Positions 20,097-28,512 of a stretch of DNA of 64,000 nucleotides are shown in pieces. The notes under the pieces were generated by a model. The model was not told the origin of the DNA and searched no databases. It saw nothing but the letters and a program-made list of their open reading frames with translations. Each line of letters starts with the position of its first letter. Within the stretch, counting starts at the first letter, position 1. The position numbers and the translations under genes are program-made. Source of the stretch: an uncultured Alphaproteobacteria bacterium (GTDB lineage Bacteria; Pseudomonadota; Alphaproteobacteria; HIMB59; GCA-002718135); NCBI GenBank assembly GCA_902539825.1, contig CACBMH010000002.1, positions 8,423-72,422 of the forward strand, read 5' to 3'.

Positions 20097-21044
20097 ATGA
20101 AAAAATTTTTAGTTTTGATAGTTCTAGTTTGTTTTTCACCATCAATTTTTACGAAAGAATTGAATTGTTTTTTGGGTACTAAAAATATTAATAGTAAAAT
20201 ACAGGGATTTACTGAGGATGGTAAATTTGTTGAATGGTATGATACACTAAAAATAGATAATCTTAATGAAGATTATGATTTAAATTTACATATATTAGAA
20301 GATAAAAATAATAATCTGATTATACAAAAGCAAAAATACATAAGTGATTTTAATACAAAACTATATCCTTTAGTACAATTCCCCGATGAAAATATTTTGA
20401 TTTATTTAATAATACTTGGTGTACTTAAAGATCATAATAATGACTCACTAAATCCTCAATTAAGTTTATTAGAAATATCAGAAATAATTAAATCAAATAA
20501 TTTCACCTATGACGATGTATTAAAAAACATTGAATACATCTATCAAAAAGATTTTAATTTAAAATATGAAGGAAATAATAATCTTGGTCCATATGGAATA
20601 CTTTCTACTAGTTTAGATTTAGCTAAAATATTATTGGAAGATTATTCTAACGAACAAATTGTACAATATTTCAAACAAATAATGGATGTATACGATAATG
20701 ATCTAAAAAAATGGAAACAAGGCATTACATTTAATGATCCAATTTATTTAAATTTAGATAATAAAGATATTGCTTCTACTTGTTACAATATGATGAGTGA
20801 AGATAAATTTCTAAATACTTCAATAGCAACAAGCGAAATAAAACTATGTTTACAAGAGAATAATTCAGATAATTTAAAAATGAACAATATATATGAAACT
20901 TTTAAAGATAAAAAAATAAATGATTATTCTTATCTAATTAATTATTCTCTAAATCAAAATTATTCAATTCATAAAGATGAAGGTTTTTTACGTGGTGAAC
21001 ATAATAGAATTCTAGAAAGATTTTATTATGGTTTTTGTGAGTGA
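20097..21044 (+). CDS. hypothetical secreted protein (315 aa, Sec signal peptide)
   Basis: N-terminal MKKFLVLIVLVCFSPSIFT signal-like sequence; no family recognised. Confidence 0.55.
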   Translation: MKKFLVLIVLVCFSPSIFTKELNCFLGTKNINSKIQGFTEDGKFVEWYDTLKIDNLNEDYDLNLHILEDKNNNLIIQKQKYISDFNTKLYPLVQFPDENILIYLIILGVLKDHNNDSLNPQLSLLEISEIIKSNNFTYDDVLKNIEYIYQKDFNLKYEGNNNLGPYGILSTSLDLAKILLEDYSNEQIVQYFKQIMDVYDNDLKKWKQGITFNDPIYLNLDNKDIASTCYNMMSEDKFLNTSIATSEIKLCLQENNSDNLKMNNIYETFKDKKINDYSYLINYSLNQNYSIHKDEGFLRGEHNRILERFYYGFCE

Positions 21045-21134
21045 TTTAAGATTATTTCTTGTTATTTAAAATCCTAGTGTTTTAATTTACAATCATGAAG
21101 GCGATGTTTGATAATCAAATTTTTTAATTGAAAT

Positions 21135-21231
21135 GACGCGTATATGACGCGTGAAGCTGGAGCATTTTAAAAAAAACTACAGAAATAAACTAAAAATCAA
21201 GAATGTAGTGGGGCGTTCTGTTGCTCGGTGC
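21135..21231. repeat. R arm copy 2 plus core copy 3 (core = 3' end of ssrA)
   Basis: GACGCGTATATGACGCGT (21135-21152) and TGGAGCATTT box as in 19805-19840; 97 nt versus 98 nt from arm site to end of core. Confidence 0.85.
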
Positions 21232-21453
21232 CCCCGACCGCGCTTACCTAGAATCTAGGCAGCAAGTGCTAATCTATTATCGTTAGCGTTTATAAAATAG
21301 CCCGATAACGGTGGTACAATACCGGATAAAGTCTTTGTCTTTGAATTACCGTCAAACCTATTTCGTCCCCATATTGGTGGAGACGCCGGGTACTGCCCCC
21401 GGGTCCGAATAACTTATTGCACAAAGCATTTATTATCTTAGTTGCAAGGCAAC
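21208..21453 (-). ncRNA. ssrA: circularly permuted (two-piece) tmRNA gene: acceptor piece (to CCA at 21375), 4-nt spacer, coding piece (from GGGG at 21370)
   Basis: minus strand reads ...CCGGG-GGCAGTA-CCCGG-CGTCTCC-ACCA / ATAT / GGGGACG...; acceptor stem GGGGACG:CGUCUCC with G3:U; tag frame GCT AAC GAT AAT AGA TTA GCA CTT GCT GCC TAG = ANDNRLALAA* (21255-21287); 5' limit is inferred from the putative promoter. Confidence 0.85.
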
Positions 21454-21459
21454 ATATTC

Positions 21460-21487
21460 ATTATACCTTAAACTATTTATACTTGAA
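21460..21487 (-). promoter_or_regulatory. putative sigma70-type promoter of ssrA
   Basis: minus strand TTCAAG (21487-21482), 16-nt spacer, TATAAT (21465-21460); sequence match only. Confidence 0.4.
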
Positions 21488-21556
21488 AGATTTGTCTTGA
21501 AACCTAGCAATTAAAAAAAAAAATTGTTACTAATTAAGACATAAAATAAAAAAAAT

Positions 21557-22045
21557 ATGATCAAAGCAATAATGGCAGTAGACGAAAAAGGGGGGATAAG
21601 TAAGGGCCAAAGTATGCCCTGGCCAAAAAATTCAATTGACTTAAAATGGTTCAAAGAAAATACTCTAAATAATGTCGTTGTAATGGGAAGAAAGACTTGG
21701 GATGATCCTTTTATGCCTACACCTCTAAAATCAAGAATAAATGTTCTAATTACAAGTAAAGATAAAGAATTAATAGAAGGGGCAGATTATTACTTTAGTG
21801 GAAACATAAATGATCAAATTCAAAATCTTCAATCAGAATATAAAGATATGGATATTTTTATAATTGGAGGTTCAGAAATAATAAATTTAACTTTTAAATC
21901 CATAGAACAATTTTATCTCACTAGAATCTACGGTAATTATAATTGTGAAAAATTTATAAATGTTTCTTTAATAGAGAATAATATGAAAATGATTAAAAAA
22001 ATTGATGGCGATTCAACTTGTCATTTTGAGATTTGGGAAAGATGA
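21557..22045 (+). CDS. folA: dihydrofolate reductase
   Basis: IMAVDEKGGI...MPW, VVMGRKTW, IIGG motifs typical of FolA. Confidence 0.85.
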   Translation: MIKAIMAVDEKGGISKGQSMPWPKNSIDLKWFKENTLNNVVVMGRKTWDDPFMPTPLKSRINVLITSKDKELIEGADYYFSGNINDQIQNLQSEYKDMDIFIIGGSEIINLTFKSIEQFYLTRIYGNYNCEKFINVSLIENNMKMIKKIDGDSTCHFEIWER

Positions 22046-22872
22046 AACAATACCTAGATGCGTTAAGATTTTGTTATGATAATGGCTCTTATGTTGAAAG
22101 TAGAGCGGGTGGTGTTAGAAAATCATTTGGTTATCAAATGCATTATGATTTATCTAAAGGTTTTCCTGCTATAACGACTAAAAAACTAGCATGGAAATCT
22201 GTAGTTTCAGAATTATTATGGTTTATTGAAGGTTCAGACGATGAGAGAAGACTTGCTGAAATTTTATACAATGACTCAAGAGAAAATTTAAAAGATAAAA
22301 AAACAATTTGGACCCAAAATGCTCAATCTGATTATTGGAGATCAAAAGCTCGATTTGAAGGAGATGTTGGTAAAATTTATGGAGTTCAATGGAGAAATTT
22401 TAATGGAGAAGATCAAGTCTTAAATCTAATTAAAGGATTAAAAGAAGATCCAAATGGAAGGCGCCATATAATTTCTGCTTGGAACCCTCCAGAGATAAAA
22501 AATATGTCATTGCCAGCATGTCATGCATTTTCACAATTTTTTATTTCTAATAACAAATTAAGTTGCCAACTATATCAAAGATCATGTGACATGTTTTTGG
22601 GAGTTCCATTTAATATAGCCAGTTATAGTCTTTTAACTCATATGTTGGCTAGAGAGTGTAAATTAGAAGTTGGAACATTTATTCATTCTTTAGGTGATTT
22701 TCACATTTATAAAGAACATTTTGAGCAGGTTAAAATCCAATTAGAAAGAGTGCCTAAAAAATTACCTGAGCTTCAATTCGAAACAAAAGATTTTTTTAAA
22801 TACAACGTAAATGATTTTAAATTAATAAACTATCAGCATCATGAAAAAATTGATGCTCTGATGAATGTTTAA
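22042..22872 (+). CDS. thyA: thymidylate synthase (ThyA type)
   Basis: ISAWNP, LPACHAFSQF active-site Cys region, DMFLGVPFNIASY; ATGA overlap with the folA stop. Confidence 0.9.
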   Translation: MKQYLDALRFCYDNGSYVESRAGGVRKSFGYQMHYDLSKGFPAITTKKLAWKSVVSELLWFIEGSDDERRLAEILYNDSRENLKDKKTIWTQNAQSDYWRSKARFEGDVGKIYGVQWRNFNGEDQVLNLIKGLKEDPNGRRHIISAWNPPEIKNMSLPACHAFSQFFISNNKLSCQLYQRSCDMFLGVPFNIASYSLLTHMLARECKLEVGTFIHSLGDFHIYKEHFEQVKIQLERVPKKLPELQFETKDFFKYNVNDFKLINYQHHEKIDALMNV

Positions 22873-23912
22873 TTCAGAGATTTTTTTAAGATTTTAGCAA
22901 TTGATATAAATTTTTTTGAAATTTCACCATCTGGATCATCTATCAAAGTAGGTATTCCATTGTCTGATTGAATTCTTAAATTTGTATCAATAGGAATTTC
23001 TCCTAAAAAAGGTATTTTAGATTCTTCAGCTTCTTTTTTCACACCATCTTTTGAAAATATATAATGTTTTTGATTACAATTATCACATATGAAATAACTC
23101 ATATTTTCCACAATACCAAGAATATCAACATTAACTTTTTTAAACATATTTATTCCTTTTCTTGCATCAGTAAGTGCTACATCTTGAGGAGTAGAAATTA
23201 CAATTGATCCAGAAAGTTTTGAACTTTGAGCTAAAGTTAATTGAGCATCTCCAGTCCCAGGAGGGAGATCAATTATAAGATAATCTAATTCACCCCACTC
23301 AACACCGTTGAACATTTGCTCTAAAGCTTTCATTACCATAGGCCCTCTCCAAATTGTTGGAGCCTCTGAGTCTAGAATAAAACCTATAGACATTAATTTT
23401 ATTCCATAATTTTCTAATGGTATAAGTTTTTTGTTTTCATTCATTATTGGTTTTTTAGCAATACCCATCATTCTAGGAACACTAGGACCATAAATATCTG
23501 CATCAAGCAATCCAACTTTGAGATCTAGTGAGCTTAATGCTGTGGCAAGATTTACTGAAAATGTTGATTTTCCAACTCCACCCTTACCACTTGCAATTGC
23601 TACAATATTTTTTGCATCAATTTTGAATCTTTTCTTATCAGAAATATTTGTTTTATTAATATTTTTATCTGAGTTGATAATTACGTTTACTGAAAGAACG
23701 CCAGAAATTTGCTCAACATTATTTTTAAGTAATCTTGCTATATTTGTATATAAGTCTTCTTTTTGACCCTTTACAAGCAAGGAAATGTTTACATTACCCT
23801 CTTTTACAATTGCAGAAATGTTTTGATTTTTTGGATCAAAAGTAAGATCTGTTTCAGGATCACTAAATTTCTTAGAAAATGTATAAATTAAAGATAAAAT
23901 TTCATCAGACAT
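22869..23912 (-). CDS. Mrp/ApbC/NBP35-family Fe-S cluster carrier ATPase
   Basis: deviant Walker A ASGKGGVGKST, CxxC (CDNC), N-terminal DUF59-like domain. Confidence 0.85.
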   Translation of the reverse strand: MSDEILSLIYTFSKKFSDPETDLTFDPKNQNISAIVKEGNVNISLLVKGQKEDLYTNIARLLKNNVEQISGVLSVNVIINSDKNINKTNISDKKRFKIDAKNIVAIASGKGGVGKSTFSVNLATALSSLDLKVGLLDADIYGPSVPRMMGIAKKPIMNENKKLIPLENYGIKLMSIGFILDSEAPTIWRGPMVMKALEQMFNGVEWGELDYLIIDLPPGTGDAQLTLAQSSKLSGSIVISTPQDVALTDARKGINMFKKVNVDILGIVENMSYFICDNCNQKHYIFSKDGVKKEAEESKIPFLGEIPIDTNLRIQSDNGIPTLIDDPDGEISKKFISIAKILKKSLN

Positions 23913-23998
23913 ACTTGATTTTTCCAGATTTACTCAAATATTAGTTATTAAATAATATAATTAATGTTAGTAGATAGAACCGATATTTTCAATAATAT

Positions 23999-25105
23999 AT
24001 GAACTGGAATAAAAATAACAACGACAATAATCCTTGGGGTTCAGGTGGAAATAATAATCCCTGGGGCTCACGAGGATCTGGTGACGGTCCAAACAGAAGA
24101 GATTTTGAAGACTCCATTAGAAAAGCTAAAGATAGATTTGGCAATTTTAAATTTGGTGGCAGACGTAACCTTTCAATTTTTATAATAGTAGCTGTTTTAC
24201 TATGGTTAGCTACTGGTTTTTATAGAGTTGAGCCTGATGAGCAAGGTGTAGAGCTTTTATTTGGAAGATGGAACGGTCAAACAACAGAACCAGGATTACA
24301 TTACTTTTTTCCAACTCCAATCGGTCAAACTGTTACCCCTAAAGTTGAAGTAATTAGAAAAATCAACGTTGGATTTAGAAGTGCAAGTGATCTTGGTTTT
24401 GGCTCAAATTCAAATGCAGAGCGAAAAGTAATTGAAGAAAGTTTAATGCTTACGGGTGATCAAAACATTGCGGATGTTGCATTCACAGTACTATTCAAAA
24501 TAAAAGACGCTGGAAATTTTCTATTCAAGCTTAGAAATCCAGAACTTACTGTTAAAGATATGTCTGAAAGTGTTGTACGTGAAGTTGTTGGTCAAAGAGA
24601 TCTTCAATTCTTACTTACAGAAGGTCGTCAAGAGGTTGAACAAGTTGTAAGAAATGAATTACAACTAGTTTTAGATTCCTATGAAAGTGGTGTTTTAATT
24701 CAATCAGTACAGCTTCAAAGTGTTGATCCGCCCGATCAAGTTATTGATGCCTTTGATGAAGTTCAAAGAGCAAGACAAGATAAAGAAAGATTAGTTAACG
24801 AAGCAAACACTTATTTGAATAGAATTGTACCTAATGCTCGTGGTGAAGCAGCCAAACTTGTTGAAGCTGCTACAGCATATAAAGAGCAGGTGGTTAAACA
24901 AGCAGAAGGTGTGGCACAAAACTTTATTGATGTTTACAATAGTTATAAAGATGCGAAAGAAGTTACTAAAAGAAGAATTTATTTAGAAACTTTAAGAGAA
25001 GTTTTAGAGGGTAAGAACAAAATAATCTTAGATGATACTGGAAATGGACAGGGTGTGGTTCCTTACCTTCCATTGAATGAACTTAAAAACTCGGGAAACA
25101 ATTAA
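23999..25105 (+). CDS. hflK: FtsH protease modulator HflK
   Basis: SPFH/band-7 domain after one TM helix; followed by hflC. Confidence 0.85.
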   Translation: MNWNKNNNDNNPWGSGGNNNPWGSRGSGDGPNRRDFEDSIRKAKDRFGNFKFGGRRNLSIFIIVAVLLWLATGFYRVEPDEQGVELLFGRWNGQTTEPGLHYFFPTPIGQTVTPKVEVIRKINVGFRSASDLGFGSNSNAERKVIEESLMLTGDQNIADVAFTVLFKIKDAGNFLFKLRNPELTVKDMSESVVREVVGQRDLQFLLTEGRQEVEQVVRNELQLVLDSYESGVLIQSVQLQSVDPPDQVIDAFDEVQRARQDKERLVNEANTYLNRIVPNARGEAAKLVEAATAYKEQVVKQAEGVAQNFIDVYNSYKDAKEVTKRRIYLETLREVLEGKNKIILDDTGNGQGVVPYLPLNELKNSGNN

Positions 25106-25106
25106 G

Positions 25107-25982
25107 ATGAGATTTAGTGCAAGAAATTTACTTATAGTTTTAGTTTTATTTATTCTTTTCCTTACTTTTACTGGAGCCTTTTTTATTGTAAATGAAACTA
25201 AGCAAGCATTAGTGCTCCAATTTGGTGACCCAAGAAAAGTTGTAACAAAACCTGGCCTTCAATTTAAAATTCCATTTATTCAAGATGCAGTTTTTTTAGA
25301 TTCTAGATTACTTAATCTAGATCCCCAACCTGAAGAAATGATTCTTTCAGATCAAAAAAGAATTATTGTTGATTCATTTGCTAGATACAACATTGTTGAT
25401 CCTCTAAAGTTTTATCAGACAGTTAGAAATGAAACTACTTTTTCAGATAGATTTGGAAGAATTATAAATGCGGCAGTTAGAGGTGTAATTGCACAATACT
25501 CTTTAACATCACTACTGAGTGATGAACGTATAAATATTATGAATGAAATTGAAAAACAAATCAAAGTTAATGAAGAATCTTTTGGTGTTAAAATTGTAGA
25601 TATTAGAATTGGAAGAACAGATTTAACTGAACAAGTATCTAATAACGTTTATCAAAGAATGCGTTCTGAACGTGAAAAAGAAGCAAATTTATTAAGAGCA
25701 GAAGGTGAAGAACTTTCTAAAGAAATTGTTGCATCAGCGGATAGACAACAAACAGTTATCTTAGCTGAAGCAGAAAGAACATCTTCAATACTAAGAGGTG
25801 AAGGAGATGCTGCTAAAAATAGAATACTAGGTGATGCATATAGTCGTGATGAGGAATTTTTTGATTTCTTAAGAACAATGCAAGCTTGTAAAGATACTTT
25901 TGGAGATACAGAGATGTCCATGGTAATCGCTCCAGGGGAAGTCTGTGAAAAATTTTTTGGTGAAATAGATATCCAAAATTAA
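25107..25982 (+). CDS. hflC: FtsH protease modulator HflC
   Basis: SPFH/band-7 domain; the ATG at 25107 directly follows the hflK stop. Confidence 0.85.
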   Translation: MRFSARNLLIVLVLFILFLTFTGAFFIVNETKQALVLQFGDPRKVVTKPGLQFKIPFIQDAVFLDSRLLNLDPQPEEMILSDQKRIIVDSFARYNIVDPLKFYQTVRNETTFSDRFGRIINAAVRGVIAQYSLTSLLSDERINIMNEIEKQIKVNEESFGVKIVDIRIGRTDLTEQVSNNVYQRMRSEREKEANLLRAEGEELSKEIVASADRQQTVILAEAERTSSILRGEGDAAKNRILGDAYSRDEEFFDFLRTMQACKDTFGDTEMSMVIAPGEVCEKFFGEIDIQN

Positions 25983-26182
25983 TGTTTGAAATTCTACTAA
26001 TAAGCATAGGTCTAGTGCTGATCATTGAAGGCATACTCTATTTTTTCTTAGCGAACAATTTAAAGAAATATCTCGATATGCTTTCTCTTATTAATCCACA
26101 AACTGTTAAAAATATTAGTTTATTTTTTGCACTACTTGGGTTGTGCCTTATTTATTTCACGTTCAAATACTATGACAATTAA
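25982..26182 (+). CDS. small two-TM membrane protein (DUF2065-like, typical hflC neighbour)
   Basis: 66-aa hydrophobic ORF, TAATG overlap with hflC; family assignment from memory. Confidence 0.5.
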   Translation: MFEILLISIGLVLIIEGILYFFLANNLKKYLDMLSLINPQTVKNISLFFALLGLCLIYFTFKYYDN

Positions 26183-26183
26183 T

Positions 26184-27545
26184 ATGAGAATTAAATTTTT
26201 ATTCTTAATTTCTATTTTATTTTCGAAACCATTACTTGCAGTACCTGAGAGTTTTGCTGATTTAGTAGAAAAATTGTCTCCTGCAGTAGTTAGTATTGCA
26301 TCAACTACTATTGTTGAAAATAATAACCAAAATCAAATACCACAATTTCCAGAGGGATCTCCTTTTGATGATTTTTTTAAAGAATATTTTGATCGTGATC
26401 AAAGACGATCACAACGACCAATGACAGGACTTGGTTCAGGTTTTATAATAAGTGAAGATGGTATAGTTGTTACAAATAATCATGTAATTGAAGGAGCTGA
26501 TGAAATAACTGTTATACTAAATGATGAAACAGAGTTTACAGCTGAATTACTTGGAAGAGATCCTAAAGCAGACATAGCTGTATTGAAAATTGATCCAAAA
26601 AACAAAAAACTTACATATGTTGGTTGGGGAGATTCGGATAATATGAGAGTTGGAGATTGGTCAATTGCAATTGGAAATCCTCTTGGTTTGGGAGGAACTG
26701 TCACTGCAGGAATTATATCTGCAATTTCAAGAGATTTAGGTAGTGGGCCATATGTTAAATTTTTACAAACAGATGCATCTATTAATCGTGGTAATTCCGG
26801 CGGACCATTATTTAATTTAGATGGAGAGGTAATAGGAATTAATACGGCAATTGTTTCGCAAACAGGTGGAAGTATTGGTTTAGGATTTGCAATACCTGCG
26901 AACAGTGCCAAAAAAATAGTACAACAATTAAAAGATTTTGGAAAAACTAAGAGAGGTTGGTTAGGTGTACAAATTCAACCTGTTACAAAGGATTTTGCGG
27001 AAAGTCTTGGTTTACCTGATCAAAAAGGTGCATTCATATCCAATGTAAATCCTAATGGTCCCTCAAAAACTGCTGGATTAGAACCAGGTGATGTAATTTT
27101 AAAATTTAATAATATAGAAATTAAAAAGATGCCTGATTTACCAAGAGTTGTTGCAGAGTCAGATGTAGGCTCGACTGCAATATTAGAAGTTTGGAGAAAA
27201 AATAAAAAAATTCGTATTGAGGTAATATTAGGAGAATTACCTGGAGAGGTAGTTACTGAAAGAAAAACAATTACAAATATTGAAAAAAATTTAAAAATTG
27301 AATCTTTAGGAATTACTATTGAAGATCATGAAAGTGGGGTTAAAGTAATTTCAATTGATGACATCGATAGTAGTTTGCAAAATGGAGATATAATCGCAGA
27401 AGTTAATAGAGAGATTATTAACAATATGAATTCATTTGAAGAATTAGTAAATTCTTTAGAAAAAACAGGCAGATCCTCATTATTACTAAAAATAATTAGA
27501 GATGATGAGCAAAATTGGGTAACAATTAAATTTAAGAATAATTGA
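26184..27545 (+). CDS. degP: periplasmic serine endoprotease DegP/HtrA (two PDZ domains)
   Basis: signal peptide, catalytic TNNHV / D / GNSGGPL triad; ATG at 26184 follows the upstream stop. Confidence 0.9.
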   Translation: MRIKFLFLISILFSKPLLAVPESFADLVEKLSPAVVSIASTTIVENNNQNQIPQFPEGSPFDDFFKEYFDRDQRRSQRPMTGLGSGFIISEDGIVVTNNHVIEGADEITVILNDETEFTAELLGRDPKADIAVLKIDPKNKKLTYVGWGDSDNMRVGDWSIAIGNPLGLGGTVTAGIISAISRDLGSGPYVKFLQTDASINRGNSGGPLFNLDGEVIGINTAIVSQTGGSIGLGFAIPANSAKKIVQQLKDFGKTKRGWLGVQIQPVTKDFAESLGLPDQKGAFISNVNPNGPSKTAGLEPGDVILKFNNIEIKKMPDLPRVVAESDVGSTAILEVWRKNKKIRIEVILGELPGEVVTERKTITNIEKNLKIESLGITIEDHESGVKVISIDDIDSSLQNGDIIAEVNREIINNMNSFEELVNSLEKTGRSSLLLKIIRDDEQNWVTIKFKNN

Positions 27546-28465
27546 AAACTCAAATCTATTTTGTATTAGGCCCAACTGCATCAGGAAAATCAAAATTTGC
27601 TTTAAACCTAGCTACCAAATTAAATGGTGAAATTATAAATGCTGATAGTATGCAGATTTATAATGAGTTAAGTATCTTAACTGCTAGACCAACTATAAAT
27701 GATCAAAAAAAAATCAATCATCATCTTTATGGTTTTGTTAAAGGTAATGTTAGATTTAATGTTCAAAAATGGTGTGAGGAAGCAACAAAAAAAATTAATT
27801 ATTTAATAAATAAAAATAAAACTCCTATTTTAGTTGGAGGTACAGGTCTTTACATAGAATCTTTAATTAATGGAATAGTTTCAATTCCATCTATTCCAGA
27901 AAAAGTAAAAATAGAATCAGAAAAAATGATTTTAAAAATTGGTAAGGAAAATTTTTATAATTTAGTTAAAGAGTTTGACAGTGATGCAATGATTAATATT
28001 GCGCCTAACGATATTCAAAGAATAAGAAGAATATGGGAAGTAAATTTTTTTACTAACAAGAAATTTAGTGACTGGAAAAAAAATAAAAATAAAAATTTTA
28101 TTAATTTAAAAAATTACAAAATATTATTATTTCTTCCAGATAGGAATGAAAACTATAAAAGAGTAGATCAGAGAACATATTTAATGATAGAAAATGGTGC
28201 GATAGAGGAAGTCAAAAATTTGCTTAAATTAAATTATCATATTAGTTTACCAATAATGAAAGCGCATGGAGTTCCAGAAATTCAATCTTATCTAAATAAT
28301 GAGGTATCAATTGAAGAATGTATTTCTAAAATTCAACAGGTCACAAGAAACTATGTAAAAAGACAACACACTTGGTGGAGATCTTCTAATCTTAATATTT
28401 TTAAAAAATTCGAGCAGTTTCCAGACGAAATTGACATAAAATCCATTAATTTAGACCAAAATTGA
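27542..28465 (+). CDS. miaA: tRNA dimethylallyltransferase (TTG start)
   Basis: GPTASGKS P-loop, DSMQIY, GGTGLY motifs. Confidence 0.85.
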   Translation: MKTQIYFVLGPTASGKSKFALNLATKLNGEIINADSMQIYNELSILTARPTINDQKKINHHLYGFVKGNVRFNVQKWCEEATKKINYLINKNKTPILVGGTGLYIESLINGIVSIPSIPEKVKIESEKMILKIGKENFYNLVKEFDSDAMINIAPNDIQRIRRIWEVNFFTNKKFSDWKKNKNKNFINLKNYKILLFLPDRNENYKRVDQRTYLMIENGAIEEVKNLLKLNYHISLPIMKAHGVPEIQSYLNNEVSIEECISKIQQVTRNYVKRQHTWWRSSNLNIFKKFEQFPDEIDIKSINLDQN

Positions 28466-28512
28466 ACTAATTTATTGATTTTATTTTATCCACAGCCTAT
28501 GAGCTAAGATCA

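Larger units (their letters stand above)
19879..21231. mobile_element. mini-element 2 (core2 to core3, 1329 bp core-to-core): L arm, one hypothetical gene, R arm; no integrase
   Basis: bounded by core copy 2 and the genuine ssrA 3' end (21208-21231). Confidence 0.6.

Noticed and set aside
18031-21231. Considered whether the repeated blocks are a CRISPR array or a simple tandem duplication.
   Set aside because: - There are only three core copies.
- The repeat units are 97-218 bp with kb-sized gene-containing intervals, so CRISPR periodicity is absent.
- The cargo between repeats is unrelated, so this is not a segmental duplication.
21557-22872. folA-thyA considered as part of the ssrA island, since such pairs occur on phages.
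   Set aside because: The pair lies on the promoter (5') side of ssrA, outside the core-bounded array. No flanking repeats are present, and the composition and packing match the core genome.
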